A stretch of 64,000 nt of DNA, taken from the NCBI RefSeq assembly GCF_032191835.1, contig NC_083227.1:43152001-43216000 (forward strand), read 5' to 3'. How positions within the stretch are numbered: the stretch's first letter is position 1; each line of letters opens with the position of its first letter. This DNA comes from Heteronotia binoei. Its lineage: Eukaryota. This document shows positions 34,714 through 48,061 of this stretch, piece after piece. The notes under the pieces were generated by a model. The model was given only the letters and a program-made list of their open reading frames with translations. It was not told where the DNA came from and did not search any database. The translations under genes were made by a program, and so were the position numbers.

Positions 34714-35572
34714 TGAAATGCTGAATTTTAGCTAATGTATTTCACACTCTGGGAGATCATCCCTGTTTCTGTTCCCTGTAAAGCAGATGTTGGGGTGCCT
34801 ATGAACTGTTTTTCATGAACACATGGCCTGTTCCGACTCTTTGGGTAGGGCTGTTGCCTTAGTTTCTGGTACTGCAACTCAAGGGCCTCTGAGCACATTC
34901 AGTGTTCTTTTCCATTAAAGGGAAAGGTTTCTAGAAAAGGGTTCTTTTTCATACTTCCTTTTCTCCTGCCAAAAAAAGGGTCATGTGCAAAAAAAACTGC
35001 CCAGAGGTTCTGTGCTGCTTGCACAGTGTCTCAGATGCAAAGAGGGTCAAAGACTGCTTTGGACTGGCTGACTTGCCTGCACAAAGTCTGATGGCCCACA
35101 CCAAGAGGTGAACATGGCCTTACCCAATGCACCTGTGCTACTACCACTACCCAACACGATCCTGTGATTAAGGCATAGCGATCTATGACTGGAACCTCCA
35201 TGTGTCTGCCTTCACAGCCTTTACAGAGCATATGTGCACTGTGCGCACACATTCCATGACATCTCAGTGTGCACGATGGACCAATTCCAGTTCTGTTTTC
35301 ATGATGAACTGGCACCACTGGAAGTTGGCACGCACCGGCACTCCTTCTGAGCTGCTAGAGATCAAGATGGCTGTGGGTGTAGGCACGGGCAAAAGTCACA
35401 GGTCATGTCCACATCTCTGGAAGAAGCAAGTGCTTTGTAACTAGATTTCCAGGCAAGCTTGAACCTTGGCTTACTTCTTTTTAGAAATTAAGCACTGCTC
35501 TGTAGGAGAACAAAAGAACCCAATAATAACAAATTGACTAATAACTTTAATTCATGAGATTATGCCTACAAC

Positions 35573-36022
35573 CAGGCCTCATTTTGGGCAGGAGCTCACA
35601 GGAGCAAAGCTCCGAAACCTCTACATTTTATTGTGCTCTTTCTTTCTCTCCCCCCCCCCCTCAAAACCCCCTACTTGCTACTGGGCTCCATTATTCAAAC
35701 CCCCTGTGAGAATTTTAATGAACTTTAAGATCTGACAAACTTTCTAATATTTTTCTCCACAAAAAATGGGAAAATAATCAAAACATATAAAGCAGACAGA
35801 TGGAAATCATCATGACATTATGGCCACACAGGAGAAAGTCATTTAAAAAGTATGATGGAAGTAAGGTTTTATTATGACAATTAGAATTCAAGAAACATTT
35901 TAAGGTAGATGCTGAGCTGATATAATTTAGTACCCCTTCCGGTGATGTCAGGGGTGTGTGGCATATGCAAATGAGTTGTGCTAATGAGCTCCAGCACCTT
36001 TTTTCCTACTAAATGACCCCTG
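35573..36022. mobile_element. hAT MITE
   Basis: TIR CAGGCCTCATTTTG / CTAAATGACCCCTG; exact TSD CCTACAAC. Confidence 0.8.
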
Positions 36023-36481
36023 CCTACAACAACAATTTGTATTGTTATTAGCACTCAATGGGTCCTGACTATTAGTTCTTGAAATACAGATGTGATTTTT
36101 GGTTGGAGCTCCAATGGACTGTATATAAGTTAACTCTGACTTTTCCAGTTTGTTTCTTCTCTCAGCAACTAATGCAACTTGTTGGGCCAAAATCCTGGGC
36201 ATACCTGGGAGTAAACAGTGGTCCTTGGTTCTCAGCAAAAACTGATTTAGAACGTTTCCATCACTCCCTTTCTGAAAACAGCTCAGGGCAACATACGTAG
36301 ATTTCCTTCATTTTAGCCTCATGAGGTTGCCAGGCAAGGTAGACCTGACAGCTGGCAAGGGGACTGACCAGTGGTAGAGGCTGTCGCCCATGATGGAACT
36401 GAATCACTGGCAATGCACTGATGTCATTCCCCATCCACCCAGAAGCAGGGTTGCCAGCTCTTGCTTGGAAAATACCTAGAA

Positions 36482-36931
36482 TAGGGGTGTTAAACGTGTG
36501 GCCTGTGGGCCAGATCAGGCCCCAGAGGGCTCCGTTCAGGCCCATGATCAAGTCTGCTTCCTTCTCCCTCTCTCTTGCTTTTTTTCTGTGTCACAGCTTG
36601 CTTTTGCAGGATTTCTCAATTGAACAGGAGCTACAAAGTAGCAAAGCCTCTATTTTCTCCATTGACCCGGCTCCTCTCTTGGGGAGGAAGGGGTGGGAAG
36701 GGAGAGCTTGCTTTGATACTGACAACAATATTGCAGGAGCGCTAATACTTTTAAGCATGTTTTATTTTAGGGTTTTAAAAATAAAAATATTTCATTGTAT
36801 TTGTCTGTGTCCTTTATAAAGCTTATATCTCCATTACCTGACATTACATTTTATGACACATATGGCCCGGCCCGACAAGGTCTTGTTTACATCAAATCTG
36901 GCCCTCATAACAAATGAGTTTGACACCCCTG
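36482..36931. mobile_element. hAT non-autonomous element, sibling of 17864
   Basis: TIRs present; TSD ACCTAGAA / ACCTAGAG. Confidence 0.8.
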
Positions 36932-37530
36932 ACCTAGAGATTTGGTGGGTGGACCCTGTAGAGAGTGGGGTTTGGGGAACGGAGGGACCTCAGCAGGGTA
37001 TAACACCAGAGAGTCCACAGCAGCCATTTTCTTCAGATCTTTGTCATCTGGATGTCAGCTGTAATTCTGGGGTATCACCAGCCCGTACCTGGAGATTGGC
37101 TACCACACCGAGAAGCAATGTTCCTTCTAAGCTGTGGAATCTTGTGAGCAAAAATTCTACTTTGTGAGCTACTGGTATTCAATTTGTGAGCTACTGCATA
37201 AATTTGTTTGCTCTGGGGCCATTTTTCCTGAGCTAAGGCAAAAATGTGTGAGCCACAGACTAAACAACTATGAGCTAGCTCTCACTGACTCAGCTTAGAA
37301 GGAACACTGCCCAGAAGCAGGAGTATGGCCTAATATGCAAATGAGTGCCTGATGAGCTTTTTCTACCCCAAAAGCCCTGTATGAAACATGGTAGTGCCAG
37401 GGGGTGTGGCTTAATATGCAAATGAATTCCTGCTGGGCTTTTTCAACCTCAAAAACCCTGCCCAGAAGTGATGTCAGCAACACATTGACATAACTTCTGA
37501 GTGCACAAGAAGTGGTGTCAGTGCACTGGG

Positions 37531-38339
37531 TAGGGTTGCCAAGTCCAATTAAAGAAAAATCTGGGGACTTTGGGAGCGGAGCCAGGAGACATTGGGGGTG
37601 GAGCCAGGAACAAGGATGTGACAAGCATAATTGAACTCCAAGGGAGTTCTGGCCATCACATATAAAGGGACAGCACGCCTTTTTAAATGCCTTTCTTCCA
37701 TAGGGAATAATTAAGGATAGGGGCACCATCTTTGGGGGCTCATAGAATTGGACCCTCTGGTCCAATCGTTTTGAAACTTGGGGGGTATTTTGGGGAGAGG
37801 CACTAGCTGCTATACTAAACATCTGGTGCCTCTACCTCAAAAAATAGCCCCCCCCAGAGCCCCCAATACCCACGGATCAATTCCCTATTATTCCCTATGG
37901 GAATCGTTCTCCATAGGGAATAATAGAGTGCCTAGTAGACATTTCCCTCCCCGCCCCCCCGCTTTCTAAAGGGGGGGAGGGCCTCCATAACAGGGAATCC
38001 CCCCTCCCTCTCTCTCTCTCTCACACAAACAAACACTTACGGTACTTGGTCTTCTTCCAGCAGAATGTGCTTGCTGGGAAAACGAAAGCAAGGCTGCACA
38101 GGAAACTAAAGGGAGGGGCCATTCTCCATGGAAACTGTTACTTTCCCATGAAGCCCTTCCTGATTCCTGTTTCCTGTGCAGCCTTAAAGGGACACATTTT
38201 AAAACGGATCAGAAGCTGTACAACATGATGCTTAAAGGTATGTTCTCCCCCCCCCCGCCCCCAGATTTTTTGAGAGCGGGGGAGGATGATGCAATTTTGG
38301 GGGTCCCCCACCAGGGCGGGGGTGGGGGTGGGAAGCCTA
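37531..38339. mobile_element. hAT element of the TAGGGTTGCCA family
   Basis: TIR TAGGGTTGCCAA / TGGGAAGCCTA; exact TSD GCACTGGG; many short relatives across the window (e.g. ~21476-21720, 46686-46930, 58405-58850, 60335-60555, 62362-62660). Confidence 0.85.
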
Positions 38340-39351
38340 GCACTGGGACACTGCTGATGTCCCCTGGGGGAACCCTTCCCCATTTCCACCCCCCCCCCTC
38401 ACCAGCCAGCTGAGTGGCAGCAGGGAAGTGCTGCTGGAGGTAGCAGGCTTAGAGCACTGTAGGATGATGCATAGGATTAGGTTGCACAATTTCAAACATT
38501 TGAGTATTAGACTTGCATGAGCAAGGTAAGGTTGCCACCTGCAGAGGAGAACACTCACTGAAACAGGCAACTGGCAGAAGATAGGGAAAGCAGGGCAGTG
38601 TTGTCACTGCATTGTATAGGGAGACAGGGATCTACAGCTGAAGATCTCTTTCACATCTCCCGCACAATGATGTCACTGAGACCGAGAAGTGACATCATTG
38701 TGCCAGAGTGACACATTAGCATTCACCCAACACACTATGGTTTAATTGTAGAGATTTGAGTGAATGCTAGAATGCAGGGCCTTTCTTGAGCAGGAACGTA
38801 CTGGGACATAGTTCCAGCTGGCTTGGTGTCAAGGGGTGTGGCCTAATATGCAAATGAGTTCCTGCTGGGCTTTTTCTGCAAAAAAGCTCTGCTGGAATGT
38901 AACCCGATATGAAGATGTCAGTCTCAAGTCCAGCTAGAAATAGCTCAGTAACACCAAGGACACCAATTCCACACTAATTTTCTACCTGTGCCCAGCTGAG
39001 CAGCAGATGACAACAGCAGTGGGGTCTCTGCTAGGAGACCTCAAGAAGAAGAAGAAGAAGATATTGGATTTATATCCCGCCCTCCACTCCGAAGAGTCTC
39101 AGAGCGGCTCACAATCTCCTTTACCTTCCTCCCCCACAACAAACACCCTGTGAGGTGGGTGGGGCTGGAAAGGGCTCTCACAGCAGCTGCCCTTTCAAGG
39201 ACAACCTCTGCCAGAGCTATGGCTGACCCAAGGCCATTTCAGCAGGTGCAAGTGGAGGAGTGGGGAATCAAACCCGGTTCTCCCAGATAAGAGTCTGCAC
39301 ACTTAACCACTACATCAAACTGGCTCTCCAGAGAAAATCATGAAATATAGT

Positions 39352-39959
39352 CAGTGACTTGTGGGGGAGGGACGTGACAGAATTACTAAGTGAAAAGTGT
39401 CAAAATTCATTCAGTGCAAACCAGTGGTGTCAAAAACCATGCAGTGTAAATCAATAAACATGAATTAGTTCATGATATTGTCTGCTGGCTTCAATACACA
39501 ATTCATACGATACACAATTCCTACAAAATTCCCAATGGCATCAAACAACATCCAGTTTTAAAACAAACCAATTATTGTCTCAAAGAACAATACCCAAAGT
39601 CGCTTGGAGAGTAATATAGAAGTCTAAAACTTTCAAGATGCGAGTGGAGGGCAAAAAGTGGATACTCTGAAGCAATCTGCAATTTCTATGGAGACTTGCT
39701 CCTTTCCAAGTGATCAATACTATCTACAAAACTGAGTCAAGAATTGGTTTGTTTGAAAATTGGACATTGTTTGATGCCACCTGGAATTTTGTATCAAATG
39801 AATTGTGTATTGAAGACAGTAGATAATATCATGAAATAATTCATGCTTATTGCTTTACACTGAATGGTTTTTGATACCACTGGTTTGAACCAAATGGATT
39901 TTGATACTTTTCACTTAGTAATTCTGTCACAAGTTTTTTTTTTTCTTTTCAAGTCAGTG
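39352..39959. mobile_element. Foldback element with ~250-bp terminal inverted repeats
   Basis: GTGACAGAATTACTAAGTGAAAAG.. mirrored by ..CTTTTCACTTAGTAATTCTGTCAC; the arms pair over most of their length. Confidence 0.75.
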
Positions 39960-41419
39960 CTAGGAGACCTGGCAACTATTTGGGATGCTGTAAGATTTCC
40001 CAAACAGTTTATGGTAAAAACCATAGCATTTGGGAATCCTAGAACATCCTGCAAAGTGGTGACATCACTTCTGTTTACATAGCCAGAAATGATGCTACAT
40101 GATGCCATTCCAGCTCCGCCATTTTCCCCTACTGTTCACAAGAGTGAGCAGTGGGAGTGTGTGTTAATTGTCTCATTCACTTTTAAGCCCCATTAACTCT
40201 GACACGGAGCCAAATGAAGTATGAGAGAGTAATAGGCCATTTTTTTCCAGTGCCTTGGCTAACAGGAATGAGAGATCGCTCAAGTCTCCTGAGACATCAC
40301 ACTCCTTATAGAATTAGCTAGGGTACTCGCTTTCTTTAAAGTTTCTTTCTTTCTTTCAAGGTACCCTCTTTCAAGTTACAGATCTCAGCAGATGCCCAAA
40401 CATGGTGCCTGAGACGGTGGCCCAGCTTCATTCATAACTATTTCTTTCTCCTAAATTGCTCAGCACTTTCACTTTTCCCACCAATCCTTCCCATTTCCTT
40501 TTCTGCCCAGAATTGTCTGCTATTCTTATGATGCTGGTGACAGCAATTTGAGGATATCTGGATGCTATTCACACACATACCTATTTGCAGGAATAGCATA
40601 CACACAACTTGACCATGCAGCTGAGAAGGGGAAACAGGGAATTGGTGCCAGCCAGGTCTGCCCTTTTTTCTCTATGAATTAAAGATCCAGGTTCTGTATA
40701 TTTCAGGGCTCTCGAGTGATACCTGGACCATAGAGAATTTGACACCCCAGTTCCAGTGGAGTGGGCTATAAAAACTCTGGTTTTATAGGTAGTAAATAAT
40801 GATTGCACCACAGCAACATCTGGAATGTTATTGTTGACAATGTGCCAGCTGTTGAAGGTCCAGGAGCAAGCCAAGGCAGGTTTGTTTGAGTTGGCAATCC
40901 AAACTGGAAATTCTCCAAGAAAACAGATGTTCGGCTATTCAAGAGGGAATAATTTATTTGTTATGTATATGTTTATTACCCCATTTTTCTTCCCAATGAA
41001 AACCCAAAGCAGCTTACAAGAACCTATCCTCCTCCATTTTATCCTCACAGCTACTCTGTGAGGAAGACTGGGCTGAGAGAGTGACTGACCCATCCACAGA
41101 AAGCTACTTAGCTATGGCACAGTGCCTAAGCTATAGATCAGGAAGTCTCTAGTTTAAACATTGCCCTGCACTCCTTGCCCATTTTCTCAGTTTCAACCCT
41201 TGCCAAGATGGGGGTGGGAAGATAGCAATATTGGCCTACTTGGCAGGGGTTTTCTAAGGATTTGGGAAGTAATGTATCTGATGAGTTTTGAACTCTTTAT
41301 TGTCTGGGATCAGAGGAAAGAGGATTCCAGGCCACAAGATGTTCTTCAAGGTGGTTTAGAATCCAAACATTTTTTCAGAAAATAAGTGCTCAAGTACAGT
41401 AGAAGACAGAAACAGGATA

Positions 41420-41850
41420 CTGGAGGATATTGACAGGCTGGAAAACTGGGATGAAACAAAAAAAATTAATTTTAACAGGGATAAATGTAAAGTTCTGCAT
41501 TTAGGTAGGAAAAATCCAATGCATCATTATAGGATGGGGGAGACTTGTCTTAGCAGTAGTATGTGCTCCCCCTCAAGCACCAAGAATTCAGAGCATCACT
41601 GCCTCAGAAAGAGAGTTCCATCAATACACTGTGGCTAATAGCCACTGATGGACCTCTGCTCCATATGTTTATCTGATCCCCTCTTGAAGCTGTCTATGCC
41701 ACCTCTTGTGGCAGTGAATTCCAGACTAGATGGTCATCTGACAGCATGTTGATCCTGTGAACTTAGGGTGAGGTATTTGTGAAGTTCCTGTATTGTGCAG
41801 GGGGTTGGACTAGATGATCCTGGGGTCCCTTCCAACTCTGATTCTATAAG
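41420..41850. mobile_element. Composite CR1 fragments in mixed orientation
   Basis: Plus-strand CR1 RT segment (GATAAATGTAAAGTTCTGCATTTAGG), inverted piece of the 28-kb family, then a plus-strand 3' end (GGACTAGATGATCC..CCTTCCAACTCT). Confidence 0.75.
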
Positions 41851-43970
41851 TCATGTTTGGGCGCCTTGAATTTTTACACGGAACTGGCTCAAGCTGGGCA
41901 AAAATGGAGGGTTTTTTTTTGTTTTGTAGGATTTCTCCATCAGGCTGTGTTCTTCTTCACATGACCTATGTGTTTCTATGAGCTCTGCATGTAACATTTG
42001 TGTACGAGGTGGTATCACAGACGAGTGTGGGTGTGAGACAGCACACGAGACAAGAAAGTCTTAGTAGCAGCTCCCCTCCCTCTTTTTCTGTGCCTCTGAG
42101 AGTTGGCTTGGGTGGCCAACCTTAAGGTGGAAACTTGAGTTCTCCCAGACTGGTCATTGAGCTCCAGACTAGCCCCAGGAGCAAATGGCAGCTTCAGTAG
42201 GTGGTGTCCGGAACCACTGGGAGTGCCAATGCAGTTGAGTAGAAACATCAATCTGAGCAACATAGCTGAAAGTCCTGGTTGTTGAATGGGTTCAAGGGTC
42301 ATGTTCCAATGTCAGGCAGTCCAGGAATCTCAGGGGGGGACTCAGTCCAGTGCAGTGGTTGTGGTGTTAGCAGTAACATGACACAGTGCTTTCACATCTG
42401 ACTCTTCCACCACTTCCCCTTTTATGCTAGGCTCACAGCTGAGCCTCATTGACCTTATGAGTGCGCTGTCAGCCTGGCTCCTTAGTCTCAGGTGATTCTC
42501 CTGGGTTGTCAGACTCAGGAGCCATCGGTGGCTAGGCATAGACTCTGCCTCCTTTTGAGGAGTTCCAACTGCACCCTCTGGCGCTGGCACTCAAGCAGCT
42601 CTGGGAATAGGGGAGGTGATCTCACCCATGCCATCTCATCTGAATCCCAGGTTGTCAAGGCACTGCTGCCTTCTGGGGGTGACCCCTTGCTCACATGCTC
42701 ATGGCTTCTGAGGGTGCACTGTCAGCATCCAACTGTGCATTGGGGCCTGCCTCTGCTGTTTCTGTGTCACTGACAGCACTATAAGTCTTGTTAGGACTGG
42801 CTGGCTCAGGCTGAGCCATGACATGTGGCCTCTATGGTATACCATAGAGTCTACAGAAACAGAAGTCCTAGCCTGCAGAGAATGATGCTTTAGGACTTCT
42901 ATTTCCCACATAGATGAAATATCCCTGCTGAGCCCCCCTTCCCTACCCAAATGCTGTCCATTTCAGGTATCTCTCACAAATCTCCAGGAATCCACCTCCC
43001 TCCCCCCACTACAGTTGGAACCCTACACCTGGACCTGGCATGTATGCAAATAGTGACCATAACACACAGGTTGTCTCTGAGTGTCCTCATTACCTTCAGG
43101 ATCTCTCTGTCTGACAGGAAACCTCAGCTAAATCAGGTCACCCAGGGCCCGTCCCAGTTTCCTCAGGTCTGTACAAACTTTTTTTGTGGGTGGAGGTGGG
43201 GAAATGACTGTGTGCAGATAGAGACTGAGGTGAGGAGGAGAATTCACATGATTCGCAGCCAGGAGATGTAGATAGGTTTAAGCTAGCTGGAGGCTATATA
43301 GGTTACCTGGTCTCTAGGAAAAGCCAACTAAACAAAGAGCCAGCCAAAAGAGAGAGAGAGAGAGAGAAGAAGAAGAAGCTCTGATTAGAAGTTTAGCTCT
43401 ACACACACCCACACCCACCTTCTTTCTGCTACAAGGGTAGAACTCTGCTCCTATCTCTTGCAGGAGTGCTTGCTCACAAAAAATAGCTTCTTTCAGCTAT
43501 CCTGTTTCTAATCTCTATGTTGCAACTATCTGTGTTGCTAATAATTTATACAGTTGGTCAGGTTTGAAGTGCTGCGGGAGAGTTACAGCTGCATTTTCCT
43601 ACACGGACTGCATTCCCAGGGTATGTGATCCCCAGCTTCTGAGTCTTGATATCTGAGTCCTGAATCTTGCACTGACAGTAGGGAGAGAGCATTAGAAAGC
43701 CAGTGCTGTCACTGAAACAGCATAGCTGGGCTTACCAACATCCAGGCGGGGCCTGGAGATCAGCTATTACAACTCCAGAGTTCAGTTTCCCTGGAGAAAA
43801 TGGTTGCTTTGGAGGGTGGACTTTATGGCATTGTACCCTGCTAAGCTCCCTTCCCTTCCCAAACCCCACCCTCCCAGGCCTTCAAAATCTCCAGATATTT
43901 TTCAGTCTAGAGCTGGGAACCCTTAGTGTGGCTGTAAGATGGCTTGAAGCTGTCCTGTGGTATTAAGTAG

Positions 43971-44621
43971 TAGGGTTCCCAAGTCCAACCCCAAAAATAT
44001 TTGGGGACTTTGGGGGTGGAGCCAGGAGACTTTGGGGGTGGAGCCAGGAGACACTGGGGTGGGGCTAGGGGGAGGGGGGGAAACGGCGAGCCGCCCCGTC
44101 TCGGAGCGTGCGACGCCGCTGCGCAGCTGACGCCTCTTCTCTGCTCGCCGTGGCTGCTCCTCCGAGCCTGAGCCCATCTCAGAGGAGCAGCCACGGCGAG
44201 CAGAGAAGAGGCCGCCGCGCCGCTGCCGCCTCGCCCACTCGGCCTCTGGGGTGGAAGCGGAGGGGGGGGGTGGAGGCGAGCCGGGGGCGTGGCGAGCCGC
44301 GAGTCCGGGTCCTAGAAGGACCCGGATTCGCGGTTCGCCATGCTCCTGGCCTGCCTCGCCCTCCCCTGCGCTGCTGCCGCCTCTTGGCTGCTCCTCTGAG
44401 ATGGGCTCAGCCTGGGCTCATCTCGGAGGAGCAGCTGCGGTGGGAGGGGAGGGGGCAGCAGCGGTGCGCCGCGGCAGCCTCGCCAGCTCCGGGATGTGGC
44501 GGCTGGCCATGCTCCCCAGCACCGTGTCCACCCCCTCCCCCGCTTCCGTTTTTGGGGGGAGCGGGGGAAGAGGGTGGAAATCCTGGGGCCCCCCTCCAGG
44601 GTGGGAGGGTTGGGAAGCCTA
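43971..44621. mobile_element. Young GC/CpG-rich hAT MITE
   Basis: TIR TAGGGTTCCCAA / TTGGGAAGCCTA; exact TSD TTAAGTAG; three internal hairpins. Confidence 0.88.
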
Positions 44622-46954
44622 TTAAGTAGCCAAGTGCAGATGAGTTGCCGAGTACCACAAGAGTCTCTCTGGTTAAGTTAAAAGCACACATTTTAGAAAA
44701 AATAGTTTTCATTATGGCATACCAGCATCTCTGTTCCTGCTGTGTTTGTGAACAAAGGTAATAAAGACTCCTGAGGTGCTGTTACAAGCAACATGAGGCC
44801 TAGTGTTCCTTCAGATTTACAAGTGATCTCCACACAACAGAGAACAGTTCCCTTAGATTTGAACGGTGGACTCTGTGGTATCACATTCTGCTGAAATCTC
44901 TTTCTTCCCAGAACTCCACCCTCCCCAGGCATAGTCCTCAAATCTCCAGGAATTTCCTAAAATGGATTTGGCAGCCCTAGTGTGAGGGAGGAACACAAAA
45001 GATGGAAAAGGGGATGAGGTGGTAACCATTGAAGGTAAGGGAGAGTGTGATGTAGTTGTTAGAATGTTAGACTAGGGTCTGGAAGATCCAGGGTCAAATC
45101 TGCACTGGGTGACTTTGGGCCAGTCACTCTTCCACAGCCTAACCTGCCTCACAGGATTGTGTGATTATAAAACTGAGGAAGTAAGAATGATGTTATATGC
45201 TGCTTTGGGTTCTCTTTGGGGAGAAAAGCAGGATATCAGTATCAAAATAAATAAATTTAGCTTCTCTTTTCCCAAAACTGCAGCCTCAATCCACCACCAC
45301 CCGAGCTGCTTTTGGATCACAAAAGTCCAACAATCTGTTTGGCAAGAGATGATTTGAAAGAGTACTGTGAGGGACAACTCCCAGTCAGATTTAGCACAAG
45401 GACAGGATTTGCTTCCTTCAGCATTTAACGAGCAGGAAGAAGTTCATCTACCTCTGAATCTGAGCAGGACAGTATACTAGCAAGAGTATTTTGACCTTTC
45501 CCTCTCCATGCTGAGCAGACATCTTCTGATCTTCATTTCACCTCATATTCCAGGACATTTTTAGCTGTCAGTGGCACTAGACTTTTGGGAGCCATGCGAG
45601 TCCTTCAAGAGTAGTGCGATTAATTAGGATCACAGAAAATACTTTCCCTCTGTTCTAATTAATGAAGAGAAGAAGAAGAAGAGATTGGATTTATAGCCTG
45701 TCCTTCGCTTGGAGTCTCAGAGCAGTTTACAATCTCCTTCCTCTTCCCCTCCCCACAACAGACTCCCTGTAAGGTAGGTGGGGCTGACAGAGCTCTCCAG
45801 AACTGCTCTTGAGAGGAACAGCTCTGTGAGAGTTATGACTGACACAAGATCACACCAGCAGGTGCAGGTGGAGGAGTGGGGAATCAAACCCTGTTCTCTC
45901 AGATTAGAGTCTGTGCACTTAATCACTACACCAAACTGCACACAAATTGCTACAACAAAATGCCCCCCCCTCCAAGGCTAGGACTCTTTTTTCTTCAGAA
46001 TGATTTTAGCTCTTGCTATGCAATCCTAAACAGGGTTTCCATTGAGATTAGTGAACTTTGACGTGTGCAGCTTTGCATAGGATTGCACAGTTAGAAGCTT
46101 ACAGCATGGCAGACCAGTAAAGGGTAGGCTAAGAGAATATACAGCTCATACTGCTCACCCCCTGACCAGTTTTCCCTCTAAACTGAGTTAGTGTGAGCTA
46201 GCTTACAATATTTAGCTTCCAGCTCACACGTTTCTGTCTCAGCTCAGGAAAAATGGCCCTAGAACAAATACATTTATGCAGTAGCTCACAACTTTAATTC
46301 CAGTAACTCACAAAGTAGAATTTTTGCTCACAAGACTCCACAGTTTAGCGGGTACATTGCCCCTGACCCTAATCTTCCCCTCCAAGATATTATACATTGT
46401 TAGGGCTTAAACAGGCCAATCTCCCTTTGTTAACTGGTACTCTGCTGCCCTCAACATTTCACCGCTGTTGGAGGTCAGTGAGCATGTTCAGCATTCACCA
46501 AACCATTTTGTGTAGGTTTCTGCTTTGTAGGACAAAGCTTGAGTCCTTGTCCGTGTGCGTTGGGAAGGATTACAAACAAATATTTTTCTGCAAATCTGGA
46601 AATCCCATGAGTATTCTGACCCCACCCCTAACAGTGAGTGGCCCCTGTTTTGCTTTCCTTTGGACAGATGTGAGACCATCAGCTAAGGTTGCCAGGTCCA
46701 CCTCCCCTCCACCCCAACCAATAGTGTGGGGAGGGTAGGATTGCCAGATCAGGGAAACTCCTAGAGATTTGGGAGGGGAGCCTGGGGAAGACAGGGACTT
46801 CAGTGGGCTACAATGCCATAAAGTCTACCCTCCCAAGCAGCCATTTCCTCCAGGGGAGCTGATCTCTGTAGTCTGGAGATGAGCTGTAATTCCAGGGGAT
46901 CACAGGATCCCACCTGGAGGCTGGCATCCCCACGGCATAATTCTTACTATAAAG

Positions 46955-47255
46955 AGGGAAAGGAAAGGTCCCCTGTGCAAGCACCAGTCGTTTCTGACTC
47001 TGGGGTGACATTGCTTTCACAACGTTTTCACGGCAGACTTTTTACGGGGTGGTTTGCCATTGCCTTCCCCAGTCATCTGCACTTTCCCCCCAGCAAGCTG
47101 GGCACTCATTTTACCAACCTCAGAAGGATGGAAGGCTGAGTCAACCTTGAGCCGGCTATCTGAAAACCCAGCTTCCACAGGGGATCGAACTCAGATCGTG
47201 AGCAGAGCTTAGGACTGCAGTACTGCAGCTTTAACACTCTGCGTCACGGGGCTCT
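46955..47255 (-). mobile_element. Sauria-type SINE
   Basis: AAGGTCCCCTGTGCAAGCACCAGTCG..GGTGGTTTGCCATTGCCTTCCCC..GGCTGAGTCAACCTTGAGCC; plus-strand sibling at ~49905-50110. Confidence 0.8.
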
Positions 47256-48061
47256 TATTATAAAGAGACATTATGATAAAACGGGGGGTCTGCAAAGGAC
47301 TGCAGGGGGAGAAGCCACTAGGAGATGCCCTCTTCTCCTCTGGTGCAAGGCAGATGTGTGAGACAGAAGATTTCTGTGAGACAGACGATCTCTCAGGGCT
47401 GGATCAGTTCTTTCCTGCTAACCCATCTCTGAACCTCCGTGGTCTCACACGTGGTAGCACAATCCCCAGCAGCGCTGAGATGTGAAACACAGAGAGGTTT
47501 GAAGCAGGAAGCTGCTCTTCTCAACTCAAATCTGAGAAGCTGAGTGTGGGGAAAAATGTATTTTGTACCTCTTCCTCCCACTGCTACATGAAAGAGTTGG
47601 GTATGTGGTTGGAAATTGGGGCCAGAGGAAATGCATCCCACACCCCCTCAGGTTCCTATATGCTGTCAGAAGGCCGAGCAGGCCAATTACCTCCTCCCAT
47701 TTTACTTATTACGGTTGCCAACTCCAGATTAGGAAATTCCTGGAGATTTGGGGGTTGAGCCTGGGGAGGGTAGGGGTTGGGGAGGAGAGGAGAGGAGAGG
47801 GACCTCAGTGAGGTGTAATGTCTTAGAGTCCACCAAAGTAGCCGTTTGCTCCAGAGGAACTAAGTTCTGCCATCTGGACATCACTTGTGATTCCAGGAAA
47901 TCTCCAGGTCCCACCTGGAAGTTGACAATGCTACACCTTCTCCTTTAATTAGTTCCTTGGGGACAATGAGCATTCTCTGTCTTCTTTGAGCTGTCTTGGT
48001 GGTGGGGGATGGAGGTGCTCTACATTTTAAAAGCACTTGTTTTCCTGTGCACTAGTGGATA

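Noticed and set aside
43900-44712. CpG island of an unannotated gene with overlapping ORFs
   Set aside because: Bounded by TIRs and an exact 8-bp TSD, so it is a MITE
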